Shown: positions 22,551-34,045 of the stretch, one piece after another
Layout of the letters: every line of letters begins with the position of its first letter
Numbering within the stretch: the first letter of the stretch is position 1
Source of the DNA: Octopus bimaculoides
Lineage: Eukaryota
Direction: 5' to 3'
DNA: 44,136 nucleotides
NCBI RefSeq assembly: GCF_001194135.2
Contig: NC_068981.1
Coordinates: forward strand, 65,918,517-65,962,652
The notes under the pieces: generated by a model
The model's input: only the letters and a program-made list of their open reading frames with translations
What the model was told of the DNA's origin: nothing
Databases searched by the model: none
Program-made: the position numbers and the translations under genes

Positions 22551-23647
22551 ATGTATCGCTGTGTTGTCAGTTCATGTCAAGGCAGGTATTCTTTGCGGCG
22601 ATTTTACAGTACAGGTTGCCATCTTCGACCTTCCCTATCGAAACAGCCGTCCTCTACTTTTTTCACGTATTTAAGAAGTAATGAACTACTTGGTGTTTGT
22701 CCTCAGGAAAATGCTTCTATTACTGCCAATATGACATTTTCTCGATGTATGTATGGACATGGAGGACACAAAACGGATAAAGAAATCGATTTGCAACAGA
22801 AGAGTACGATGGATGATCTACCTGTACCAAAGGGATCCTGGCAGGAATCATTCCATAACATTAACCGCTCAAACAATATCTTCTTAGCCGTTAGTTCCAC
22901 TTTTTTGGTGGTTACAGGATTTACAATGTACAAGTTGAATTGTTTCTCATGGAATCCAGGCCCGAACATTAAATCTGTTCCAATTAGGCCAGAAGCAGTA
23001 GGTCTTGGTGCCGGTACTGCTACCGCTGTTGCTAGCACTGAAGCTGTTGTTGAAGAAAGTTCCGTTGGACCAGATTTGGATGTTGTTCCAGCAGAAGAAC
23101 CGGCTGCACCAACCCCTACTGCTGAAGAACCGGTCGCACCCACTCCTGCTGCACCTGCTCCTACAGAAGAATCAGTCACATCCACCCCTTCTGCTGAAGA
23201 ACCAGCTGCACCTGCCCCTGCGGCCGAAGAACCGGCTGCACCTGCCCCTGCGGCCGAAGAACCAGCTGCACCTGCCCCTGTGACCGAAGAACCGGCGGCA
23301 CCTACTCCTGCTGCCGAAGAACCGGCGGCTCCTACCCCAGCCGAAGAACCAGCGGCGCCTGCCCCTGCTGAAGTCACACCACCTTCACCTGCAGAAGATA
23401 CACCACCTCCACCTCCCCCTGAAGAGACACCACCACCACCTCCACCTGCAGAAGACACTCCATCATCGCCACCAGCTACAGCTGCCGAGCCAGAAACTCC
23501 GAAAGTTGAGGCTACCACCAGAACAGCCGAAAATGTTGCACCAGAATCGAAAGCGACTTCAATTGATTGGTCTCAAGTGCCCGCTATCCCTGCACGCGTC
23601 CCTTATTTATTAATCGGGGCTGGTACTGCTTCATTTGCAGCATTTAG
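22551..23647 (+). CDS. AIFM1: Apoptosis-inducing factor 1, mitochondrial, coding exon 1 (presequence, prag01/COX7B-like TM module, Ala/Pro/Glu linker, start of FAD domain)
   Basis: Arg/Ser-rich presequence MYRCVVSSCQGRYSLRRFYST; TMDDLPVPKGSWQE + TM helix; ends IPARVPYLLIGAGTASFAAF-R with donor ag|gtatgg at 23648 (phase 2), in frame with exon 2. Confidence 0.92.
23191..23370 (+). repeat. Coding 30-bp minisatellite (AEEPAAPAPA), about 6 units, with degenerate units on both sides
   Basis: Units begin at 23191, 23221, 23251, 23281, 23311 and ~23339, consensus c(t/g)gccgaagaacc(a/g)gctgcacctgcccctg. Confidence 0.95.
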
Positions 23648-26600
23648 GTATGGTTTTGCCTAACTTTGTCTATCGATTGTCTTTGGTGTTATATATATAT
23701 ATATATACATAGATTTGAATTCAATTTTCTTCGTAATCTTACTAATACACACATATTTCTTCAGCGTGATAGTCGATCAAGTATGTTAACACAATTGCGA
23801 TAATTATATATATATATACACACTAATTTACTAGTTCTCTATCGCTGTTTTGGAACTCTTTATTTTTTATGAGTTTGACCTATAATCGATAAGGGGTGGG
23901 TTAGAATATTGAAATTATGATTGTCAGTTGCTAATTAATCAAACATCTACAGCATGTGGATTCACGTATTAAAATTTTAAACGCTAGTTTGACAGTACTG
24001 AAAATATTTCTTTGTCCCCTATAAATACATCGTTGGGCGGATACTGACTGCTGAATACTATATTGATTAACAAGTCAACCTGGTGTTACCATCCTCACCT
24101 GAACTCGTTGCAATGCAAAGAGTAGCATGGAATTGTCGAAGCATTTGCTTGCTGTCACTGCCACTACATTATGTATTACTGGTACTTGATCTCAAACGAA
24201 ATCAACTATCACATCAGCGTATATTAAGTTTATGAAACGGAATCGGTAATAGGAAATGAGTTTTTGTTTCCGTCGAATACGATTTGTCGAATTGTATTGC
24301 TCACTTGATTCCTACTTACAAGATGCTATATTTTTCTAATTCCATTGAATATCATTTCTTTTTTTTGTGATATGTTCACTCCCCAATGTCGACTTCACCT
24401 TTCATCTCCTATAAAACCAAGCAGCCAGTCAATTACTGAAGTCGATTAAATCAGCTACCTCCCTAAGAAAAAAAGAACAAAAAAAAACAAAAGGCAAAAA
24501 ATGAAAATAAAAGTCACCTTGTGGCAATGCTAGAAATCCTTATTGTTAATATTTACTTTGTTGAAATCTTACAAATTGGGTCCATTTTTTTTGTAAATGT
24601 TCAAAAACTTTTTAAATAATTTTGATATTTTAACATATGCACTTTTGATATCTTTGAAATTTACATCTGAAAACTCTTCAATTACGAAAAAAGGAAAAAA
24701 AGAAAATCGTATATTATTTTATCATGATAGAATACATTTGATGTGTTATCTATTGTTGCATTGGTCAAATACAATGGCACCAATAGTGCTTGTGTGTGGG
24801 TGAATGTTACTGGAATTGTCACATTTGACATTGTCACTATAAAATAATTTAGGAACTTCAATGAACTTATAAACTTCAAAAAAATTTTTGTGAAATAGTT
24901 TAAAGTATGTGACACTGGAATCACAGAAAGAAAGACTGGGAAACATTGCAAGGAAAAAAAGCAAAGAACAGCGAAATTGTGTGTCCAGTATCTGATCATA
25001 TGAAAGTGAATGTTTCTTGACTGTTCAATTATTTAATTTAGAGAAAAATGATCAGGTTTTCCACTCATCCTCTTGTTTTTGTATTTCCCCCCCTCATTTT
25101 TGTGATTATTGGGTTTAATTCCCATTCTATTCTAGATTTTGCCACTTTGTAATTAAACGAGGGCACTTAGCTAATAAAGGTCGTGGGAGCTGTTATGTTA
25201 TAAAATCATCTAGAAATTGATACTCACTTAACCTGTAGTATGTCCCATCCTGAATTTTAAAATTTTGGATCAACCAACTGGCTATGACATTCTCTAGATT
25301 TGATTGACTGCCTCTGTTCCAATCTCTGCACAACTAGAGCTGATCTGGGCAACTCAGTAACATTTAATTAAAAAAAAAATTCTTCTTTAAACTGAACTCG
25401 ATTTGCTAATTACTGCAACCCACTTTTATACATTTATATCGTTCTAACTATTTGGGTCAGCTTGGAGAGGTTTTATAATCTTATTACTAACATACAAATG
25501 AGATAACTTAAAAGAATAGGTTTGATAGAACAAAAATATTCTCTCTTGAATAAACATTCGTTAAATGTATATATTTACACTGTTTAATTAGAATTGTGAT
25601 TAATATCACTTAAATTTCACATTAACCCCTTTATATGTTCAATTCCTATTAGCATGTTAGGTTAGTGAATTGGAATGTATATGTAATCATGTCCTGGATG
25701 GCAAAACCTATATTTGGTTGGCAATTTATGATAGTTGATAATTCTAATTTACGATGCTTTATTCATATTCCAGCAGAAAAAATATCTAATTTTTACTCCT
25801 TGTGCTCTATCTTGCACTAACTGTTCAAGTAAATTCAAAATTCCAGCCTTTGAAACATCAGCATAAACAACTATGATAATGTTTGTGCATAGCATTAATT
25901 CATTAACTCATCAAGGTCAGTCGTATATTTTCAGGAAATTGTTGCAGACAGTGTTTCAAGGCCTAATTTTTAAGCAATATGCCAAACCTATGAAGGCAAG
26001 ATTGCTACATTCAGAAATGCTGATCAGCTGATACCCAACTCAATAAAATACCTTTGTGTCATAGATTTTGTCAAGCAACTGATTAGAATTACTTAACCAG
26101 AATCATCCTTCTGGTGATCATTGCAATCCACAGAGCTTTCTGATTGGTATACCTAATGAAAAATTACCTTTAATTTCTTTTTGTAGTGTGGCCTTGTCTT
26201 TTGTGGCCCACTTCTCAAAAATGGTTGCCCATGCCTGCTTAAATGTATAGTTTCTCCTGCTGTTAATTCACTATTGTCATTCCATCTTTTTATAATTGTC
26301 AACTGTATGGAATATACTACAGCAAAAAAGACAACTTTTCATTGACATATGCTTTTACTGAATTCAATCAGTAGGCTGTAACCATACTGGGGCACCACTT
26401 TAATTTCAATGTTTCAGGCATGCTTTTGTTTATATTATGTTATTGCAGCCATTAACTGATGCTTTGGACACAGTTGTTAGCCTAAATTGTTTCATTCATA
26501 CAAACATATGTAATGAGCAACAATAAAAAAGATAATTTTAAAAAACCTTTATCAAATAACTATAAAATGACAAAAGATATTGTATAATAAAGAATAATTG

Positions 26601-27407
26601 TATTAGAAATCTGAAGCTACCATATGTGTACTTTAAAAATAATAAAGTAAGTTTTTATTTGTTAATTTACCTAATTAAATAGGTAGATTTTTAAAGCAAA
26701 TCTGGAATAACTATCAGCATTATTTATTCTTCAGAATCATCTAAAGCCACTAGTTGCCAAGGTTGATTCTTTGTTTTTGATAACTAAAATCAACAGAATG
26801 TTATATAGGGTCAACAATTAATGTAGGTTAGTTCAGTTTTGTAGGTCATTATTATACAAGATTCAAATAGAGCTATCTAAGCCAACAATATTATCAGTTT
26901 ACTTCCAATGAGGGAGCCTTTATGTAATCACTTTATGTACTAGAAATAGTGGCTAAATCGCCCTTAAACCATCACCTTACCTTAATAAATAACACAAAAA
27001 CCATTGGCTGTAGTTGTAAGTGTACAACCAGGTAATCATCTCATTGAATTTTCTTGGGATTAAACAACATTAGCACATTTAAAAAAATGCCTATAGATTT
27101 AAAAGGGTATGGATTTGGTACAAATATTTAATTTCTAGTACTATTGAGCACAGTTAAAATCTTTAAACAATTTAAAGATAATATATTGTATATATGCATG
27201 TGTATGTAAACATATTCAAGCAGGCAGGTAATAATAAATAGTTTGTAACAAATTTAAACAATGGGGTGAAAAATGTGAATGACCTTGAAATTGTTGAATC
27301 TTACACCTTTGGAACTACAGGGTTTAAAGGTATATTCTAAATGTATGGTATTGTTGAGCTAATGTCTACTGCTATGGCTGTAGACTGACAAATTGTAACA
27401 AACCTGT

Positions 27408-27452
<45 letters not shown>

Positions 27453-30400
27453 ATTTGTATTTTCCCTTTGGCATTTGTACACTGATTAAAAGCTGTCACT
27501 ATATATATAAATGGTGTCATTATAGTCTTCCACAAAAACTTACCCAGCTTTTGAGTCGGTTATGTTTTATCTGACCATTGTTGTTGGAAGGACTTAGGGA
27601 AATAATACCTTGTTACCAGCCAAGGGCTGGTAACAGGGAAAGCATAAAAGCATCCAGCTGCAGGATCTGCCTCAAAGATTTTCCTCAGAAAAGTGGATGT
27701 TAAAGCTATCATGGAGATGATTACCTTCGTACACTGAGAGATGTATGTGTGTATGTATAGTTATAATAATGCATAAAAATTGAGTATGTTAGTATGCTGT
27801 GTCAAAGGAGTTTAATGTTTGTGAAGTCTTCTACTTTTTCAAGTTTGTGTCAGTGGTACATACATACATATATATTCTTTTATTATATTTGTTTCAAGTC
27901 ATTAAAGGTTTTTTTTTTTTTAGTTGAAGAAATCAACCTCAGGACTTATTTTTTTAAAGTCTTGTACTTATTCTATCAGCGTCTTTTGCTGAACTGCTAA
28001 GTTATGGCGACATAAACACACCAACACTGGTTGTCAAGCGGTGATGGGGGTGGGTGGGAAAACACAGACATAAAAACATACATACATATATATATGTGAC
28101 GGGATTCTTAAATTTCCATCTACCAAATCCACTCACAAGGCATTGGTCCGTCCGAGGCGATAGTAGAAGGCACTTGCCCAAGGTGCTACACAATGGGGAT
28201 TGAACCTTGGACCATGTGGTTGGTAAGCAAACTTCTTAATACAGCCATTCTTGTGCCTATATATATATGAAATGGTTTACATTTGTTTACGCAAGAACTT
28301 CAGTTGTGGTCTTTCATGATACATACTATTATATTTGTGCCATCAAACATAATGGAAGTTTTATTAATTTTAGAGAAAACCATATCTATTTAGATGAAAT
28401 AAAAGAAATTAATCCTTTTCTTACTTTGTAAAATATCATACTATGTTTATGTGTGTAAGATTAAATTTTAAATTCTTTTATTTTTGAAAGTATCTGCTAT
28501 ACTACATATTGTTTAGAACTAAAATGAAAGTAAAATGAACAACTCCTCCTTTGACTGTTCGCTTTTCAAACTGTCACTCTGTGTCATTTGACATCCTCCT
28601 ACTTTAATAGTACCCCAGTAGTATGATAGCAAACAGTCATAGAAGCTATATGTGGATAGATGACCCAACAAAGAAGTCTCTAAGTGATTACTGGACTTGC
28701 TAGAAATAACAGCCAAATCTTTAAATCACATCCTGTTATCTTAAAAAAGGAAAGGACATAATAGAAAATGTAGTCCTTGACCTTCAGAACAAGAGGATGA
28801 TCATAGGTGAATGACTAACCCATTGTTTGGATATAGGTCTGCAAGATTTGGCTGACCTGTACAGATTGTTTAATTTAGCTCTAACTTTGATTTCATATAT
28901 CTCACAGAAGGAACATTTATAATAATTAGCTCATATTTAAGTGCATGATTAAACTTTAATCAGTCTAGTAATCAGAAATGTTTTTCACAAACGTCTGTCT
29001 TGATTTAACTAATTATTTAACAGACAAGTGTATTTACCCAATTTTAGATTGTAGCATTACACTCGATAGAAAATTCTTAAATATTGTTCTTTTTTTATTA
29101 TAGCTACCATTACTTACTATCCCAAAATATTTAGAGAATGATCTCTCTCTGTGGTACCATGTTCAATGGATTAGAGCTATGTAATTCTTGATGGTTGTTC
29201 ACTATAGTTATTAACTATAAGTTATGCATATTTAATTTTCCTGACCCTTATGCATATTTAATTTTCCTGAGAGAAAAAAACCCCCAAAAACCCACCCTTA
29301 TGTGCAAAAGTTTGACAAAATTTAGTGTCTGTTCATCAAGTTTCATATATAGCTGCTGCTCCAGTATGACCTTGGCTGTGAAGGCTAAAACAAACTTCAG
29401 AGCATGGGTTGAGATTAGTCTCATGGGCTTTTAATACATGCTGTTTTAACACTGTTTCATCCATTTTGCTACAGAGTTGTAGTATGCAAAATACTGTGGT
29501 CAGCCAATTAAATTTCTTAGTAAGTGGTGCAAAACAATAGCTTTAGTTGTGGTAAGCTTTGAATTTGCTGTTTTGTGCTCAATATTAAGTATAGGTTTGA
29601 ATCCGTTAGTATGTGATCAGTAGAATTGCACTTACCTTATTTAAAAGGAGTGAAAATTTGAACAAGTTTTCAGATAATGTTTTAATTTTAAAAGCAGTTG
29701 AAGTTTGAAATCTTATAGCTGAATATATGTTAAATTGAGATTAATTATTTTAACAAAATAATGTTTGCTGCAAGTGAGGGAACTCAGTACTGAGAGTAGA
29801 GTGAAATTTATTGTAAGATTCATGTTGACTGGGACTTTCATTATTCATATACATATATACTTAGATTCTGCCCTTATCAGATCAGTTTAAAATGTCTTTC
29901 AATAGGAATGTGATTAGTCTATTTATGGTCTGTAGAAGTACCTTAAGTACTTTTTCAATAAATACTCATGAATAATAATAAAAAAACCCTTAAATGTTTT
30001 TTCTTTTTTTCTGGAGCAAAATGACAATTGTGCATACTATTGAACATTAATCTTCCAATATTGAACAATAATCTTCCAAACTGTATTTTTCCTTTATTTA
30101 ATAGTTTTTATGGTATATATATTTTACTCTGGTTGTCTTTTGATGTTTGGGGTATTTGTATGACTAGGACTGTGGTATAATTATAAGCTATAATACTCTT
30201 CTGTGAATTGAAGGCATGGCCTAGATTCACTTGCTTAAAACTTTTTCTCTGAAATCACTTTTGGAGAAAAGGCTGAATATCACAACTTCCCATTTTCCTT
30301 TCCCAGTGTGTCAAATATCATTATCTATGTAATAAATCAGTATTTAATTTTCCTTGTGAAAAGTTTTAGTTTCTTGACATGTTCTTTTAACAAAGTTTGA

Positions 30401-30924
30401 CTGCAACTAATTAACTGATCACATTTTAAATGGATTTGTTTTGTGTTTTTTTTGTAACTTTAACATGTGGAAAACTGCTGGTGGTTTCATGTTTTTCTTT
30501 GTTTATACTGATATATTTATAAGTGAATTTTCTGTAAAAATGGATTAGAAAAAGGATGAGTGGAAATATTAATGGGTTTATATCAACAGTGTTCATTTTG
30601 TAATGAATATTGCAAAAAGTTATTTATGTTATGTTTATTATAAACTATTCTTGAGTTTATCTGGAAAAAATTTTGCAAACCATTATCTGATTACTATCAG
30701 GGTAAAAAAAAAAGAAGTCTTGCTTCTTTTACTTATTTAAACAATGAAACAATGTATTATTTTATAATATTGATTATAATTATATTTTAAAATAAAGAAT
30801 AAAATGATTTTCTTAAAATTTATTTAAAGATTTAGGTTACAAGTAGAATAATGATGTAAACAATTTAAATTGTTCAAAAATACACCTAAACCTGCCTACA
30901 TAATATACTCCACTTTAATTGTAG

Positions 30925-32308
30925 GTCAATCAGATCGGCTGATCCTAAAGCTCAGGTGCTTGTTGTTGGAGAGGAGAATTACATTCCTTATATGCGACCT
31001 CCCCTTTCTAAAGAACTCTGGTTCAGTGAGGATAAGTCAGCTGTTAAGAACTTGAAATTCAAGCAGTGGAATGGTAAAGAGAGAAGTATTTTCTTTGAGC
31101 CTGAAGCATTTTATGTAGAGCCTAAGAAATTACCATATCAAGAAAATGGTGGTGTTTCTGTTTTGTCTGGAAGAAAAGTGGTGAAGCTTGATGCTAGCAA
31201 ACGCCAAGCATATCTTGACAATGGTACTGTAATAAAATATGACAAATGTTTGATAGCTACAGGAGGAAAACCCAAAAATTTACCAATATTGTCAAAAGCT
31301 GACTCAGATGTAGCTGAGAAGACCACACTATTTAGAAATATTGATGATTTCCGTAGCTTGGATAAACATCTAGAAGAGGCCAAGTCAGTAGCCATTATTG
31401 GTGGGGGGTTCCTTGGCAGTGAGTTAGCTTGTGCTTTAGGGAAGAAATCTAAGTCAAATGACTTGAAAGTCTATCAGCTTTTCCCTGAATCTGGAAACAT
31501 GGGTAAAGTTCTTCCTGAATATCTTAGTTTGTGGACCACATCAATGGTTAAAAGTGAAGGAGTTGATGTTCATCCTAGTGTGAGTGTCCAAAAAGCTGTT
31601 CTGAAGGATAATAAAGTGTCTTTAGAATTGGATAATGGCGCATCACTTGATGTTGACCATGTTGTTGTTGCTGTTGGCCTTGAACCCAATACTGAATTAG
31701 CTAATACCTCTGGCCTTGAAGTGGATGATAAATTTGGAGGTTTTCGAGTAAATGCTGAACTAGAAGCTCGATCTAATGTTTGGGTTGCTGGTGATGCTGC
31801 TTGCTTTTATGATATAAAACTTGGCCGGCGCCGAGTAGAACATCATGATCACGCTGTTGTTAGTGGGCGTTTGGCTGGGCAAAATATGGCTGGTGCTGGA
31901 AAAGCTTATTGGCATCAGTCTATGTTCTGGTCAGATCTAGGACCAAATGTGGGTTATGAAGCAATTGGTATTGTAGATTCCAGTTTACCAACAGTTGGAG
32001 TTTTTGCTAAAGCTACTGAAAAAGATACTCCACAGGCTGTTGTAGAAGCCACAGGTGAAGGTCTTCGATCGGAAACTGAAGAGTCTGCTCAACCTTCCAT
32101 GGTGCCAGCTGCTCAGCTTGCTACACCTGATGCTGATGAGAATTTTGGTAAAGGTGTAATTTTCTATTTGCGAGACAAAGTAGTCGTTGGAGTTCTTTTG
32201 TGGAATGTTTTTAATAAGATGCCTATTGCTAGGAAAGTTCTAAAAGATGGTGTAGAAAGTGAAGATTTACATGAAGTAGCAAAATTATTCAACATACATG
32301 AGACATAA
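30925..32308 (+). CDS. AIFM1: Apoptosis-inducing factor 1, mitochondrial, coding exon 2 (FAD/NADH oxidoreductase core + AIF C-terminal domain)
   Basis: Acceptor cactttaattgtag at 30924; [121 protein letters not shown]. Joined CDS 2481 nt = 826 aa. Confidence 0.97.
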
Positions 32309-32480
32309 CATTTGTGCGAATGGGAAAGGGTGTGGGAAAATATAGAAGTGACTTTAAAGAAATACCGACTTGAAAAGTTTTACATGAATATTTTTTATAT
32401 ATTTAAAATGTTTTGTGTATATGAATATGCAACCCTGCATATTTGTCTGAATAGTGAACAAATCATGTTAAGTGATTTCA

Positions 32481-32483
<3 letters not shown>

Positions 32484-32516
<33 letters not shown>
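32484..32516 (+). repeat. Poly(A) tract (33 nt) in the AIFM1 3' region
   Basis: Directly visible, 175 nt after the stop codon. Confidence 0.95.
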
Positions 32517-32517
<1 letters not shown>

Positions 32518-32826
32518 ACAAACCAAACTAGACTGAATTGGTAGTATGAGATCAGATAGAATTCCTGTTTGTTCATACACTCCTCTTCCTCCTCTAAAAT
32601 TGGCAATCCACATCATTGTAAAATTAGTCCTCTGAACAGCTTTATCATTTAAAAAAAAAAATCATCCAAGTAAATCAATGCTCAAGAAATGAAAGGCACC
32701 ATGACAGACATCATTATTGAAGGTTATATGGAGTGAAGTTTGCCTTATTCAAAACTCCTGAACTATTTTTGTAGATTTCTTTTTATAACTAAGTTTTCAA
32801 TGTCAATGAATGGTATGTATAGCTTA

Positions 32827-32832
32827 AATAAA
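32827..32832 (+). terminator. Candidate AIFM1 polyadenylation signal AATAAA
   Basis: First AATAAA I found after the stop, followed by U-rich sequence; no transcript evidence. Confidence 0.3.
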
Positions 32833-33259
32833 TAACATTTTGTTGAACATATTCTACTTCAGTCTTTACATTTTCTTGGCTGAGAGACTCAATTGTTTTC
32901 TTTTTCTTTGGCTATAATTTTACCAAGGTAACTTCACATTGAGCTACATCTTGAAATTGTACATTTAATTTCTGTCTATAAATTGCTGGGACTGAGTAGG
33001 TTATAGTGGACTGGTACATGATTAGATATGAACTATTGAAATATTACTTAAAACCTTCCAGTCCTAACGTAATTAAGTTGTAATAATTTTTTTTTTTTTA
33101 AGAAAAAATTCAATTTGTTGAAAAATTCAATTTGTTACAAAGAAATGCTGAGCAGACCACCTTGTTATATTCAAAACTGAATTTAAAAAATTTGAAATGT
33201 TATTAAAAAAACCCCAAAAACAATATCTTTTCTGTCTTGAGAATTTTTGTCTTGCTGTT

Positions 33260-33299
<40 letters not shown>

Positions 33300-33828
33300 T
33301 TACTAACAACTTTTTGCATGCATTTTTTTTTAAAGCTGTTCTTTCATATACTAACGAATTTTAGCAGATTTTTTATTTCAGGGATGGGCAAAATGATAAC
33401 TTAATATTGTATTTATTCTTTAGTGATCCTTGCTATAACAAATACCAAGTTTTAATCTTTCAGGTGTTCCCCCCCCCCCCTTTTATCCAACAAATCTCTA
33501 ACTTTACTCATTCTAGAACTTTAAACAGATGAAAAGAAATTTGACTTTGGATAGTATACTAGCATTTTAAAGGTTATTTTCCTAGACATGCTTGATGTCT
33601 ATTCTTAAGCTAGGTAAACTGAGGCTTAGTATATAGCAGTATCTTGCAAAGTTAGTATAGCAAGATCGATATGTCCTGTTAGTGAAAGTTATCTAGTAAC
33701 TGCTTTATTTGGACATCAAGATGAATATGTAAACATGTCCAGTACAAATATTATGGTAGCTAGTGCACATTCCATATGAAACCATTTACTGAACTGGTGT
33801 TAATTTTTCTTGTCTAAAACAAGTTTAA

Positions 33829-34045
33829 CCCCTTTAGCATTCAAATTATTCTGTCAAATGTACAGCATATTCATTCATTTCATTTTGAATTAATCATGTT
33901 CTGTCTTGTAGCCTCAAAATTTCAGTGATGTGGCTGTTTATCTTTAGAATGTCATTGTAGAGTAGAAGTGAAGGGGCCAGCACTGGCCATTTTGAACATA
34001 AAACAGAATATTTTGGATGGATTTGGCTGGTTAAATCCTAAAGAG
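33829..34045. mobile_element. piggyBac-type MITE, 217 bp, older copy
   Basis: TTAA at 33825-33828 and 34046-34049; termini CCCCTTTAGCATT.../...AATCCTAAAGAG. Confidence 0.6.

Noticed and set aside
23005-23283. 92-aa alternative plus-frame ORF (Leu/Pro/Gln-rich)
   Set aside because: Out-of-frame read of the same minisatellite; no independent support.
22703-23518. 271-aa Gly/Ala-rich minus-strand ORF
   Set aside because: Antisense shadow of the GC-rich AIFM1 repeat linker; stop codons are rare on the reverse of Pro/Ala/Glu codons.
24682-24999. 105-aa minus-strand ORF in the AIFM1 intron
   Set aside because: Composition (Phe/Leu/Ile/Asn) is what random AT-rich DNA yields; no motif.
26195-26240. 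hAT-like terminus (ggttgcccatgcctg), similar to cagggatgggcaa at ~33379
   Set aside because: Isolated degenerate ends ~7 kb apart and facing outward; no TSD or partner end, so no element can be delimited.
28795-28860. Possible intronic C/D-box snoRNA (GATGATC...CTGA)
   Set aside because: C box is imperfect, there is no terminal stem, and the region looks like an old dispersed repeat.
29860-29900. U2 snRNA-like words (cttatcag...agtttaa)
   Set aside because: Only short word matches; no GTGTAGTA branch-recognition sequence and no colinear 5' or 3' similarity.
23664-30924. Extra AIFM1 coding exons in the 7.3-kb intron
   Set aside because: The exon 1-exon 2 join ([11 protein letters not shown]) is colinear with known AIFM1 proteins; nothing is missing.
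31138-31395. 85-aa minus-strand ORF
   Set aside because: Antisense to the highly conserved AIFM1 exon 2.
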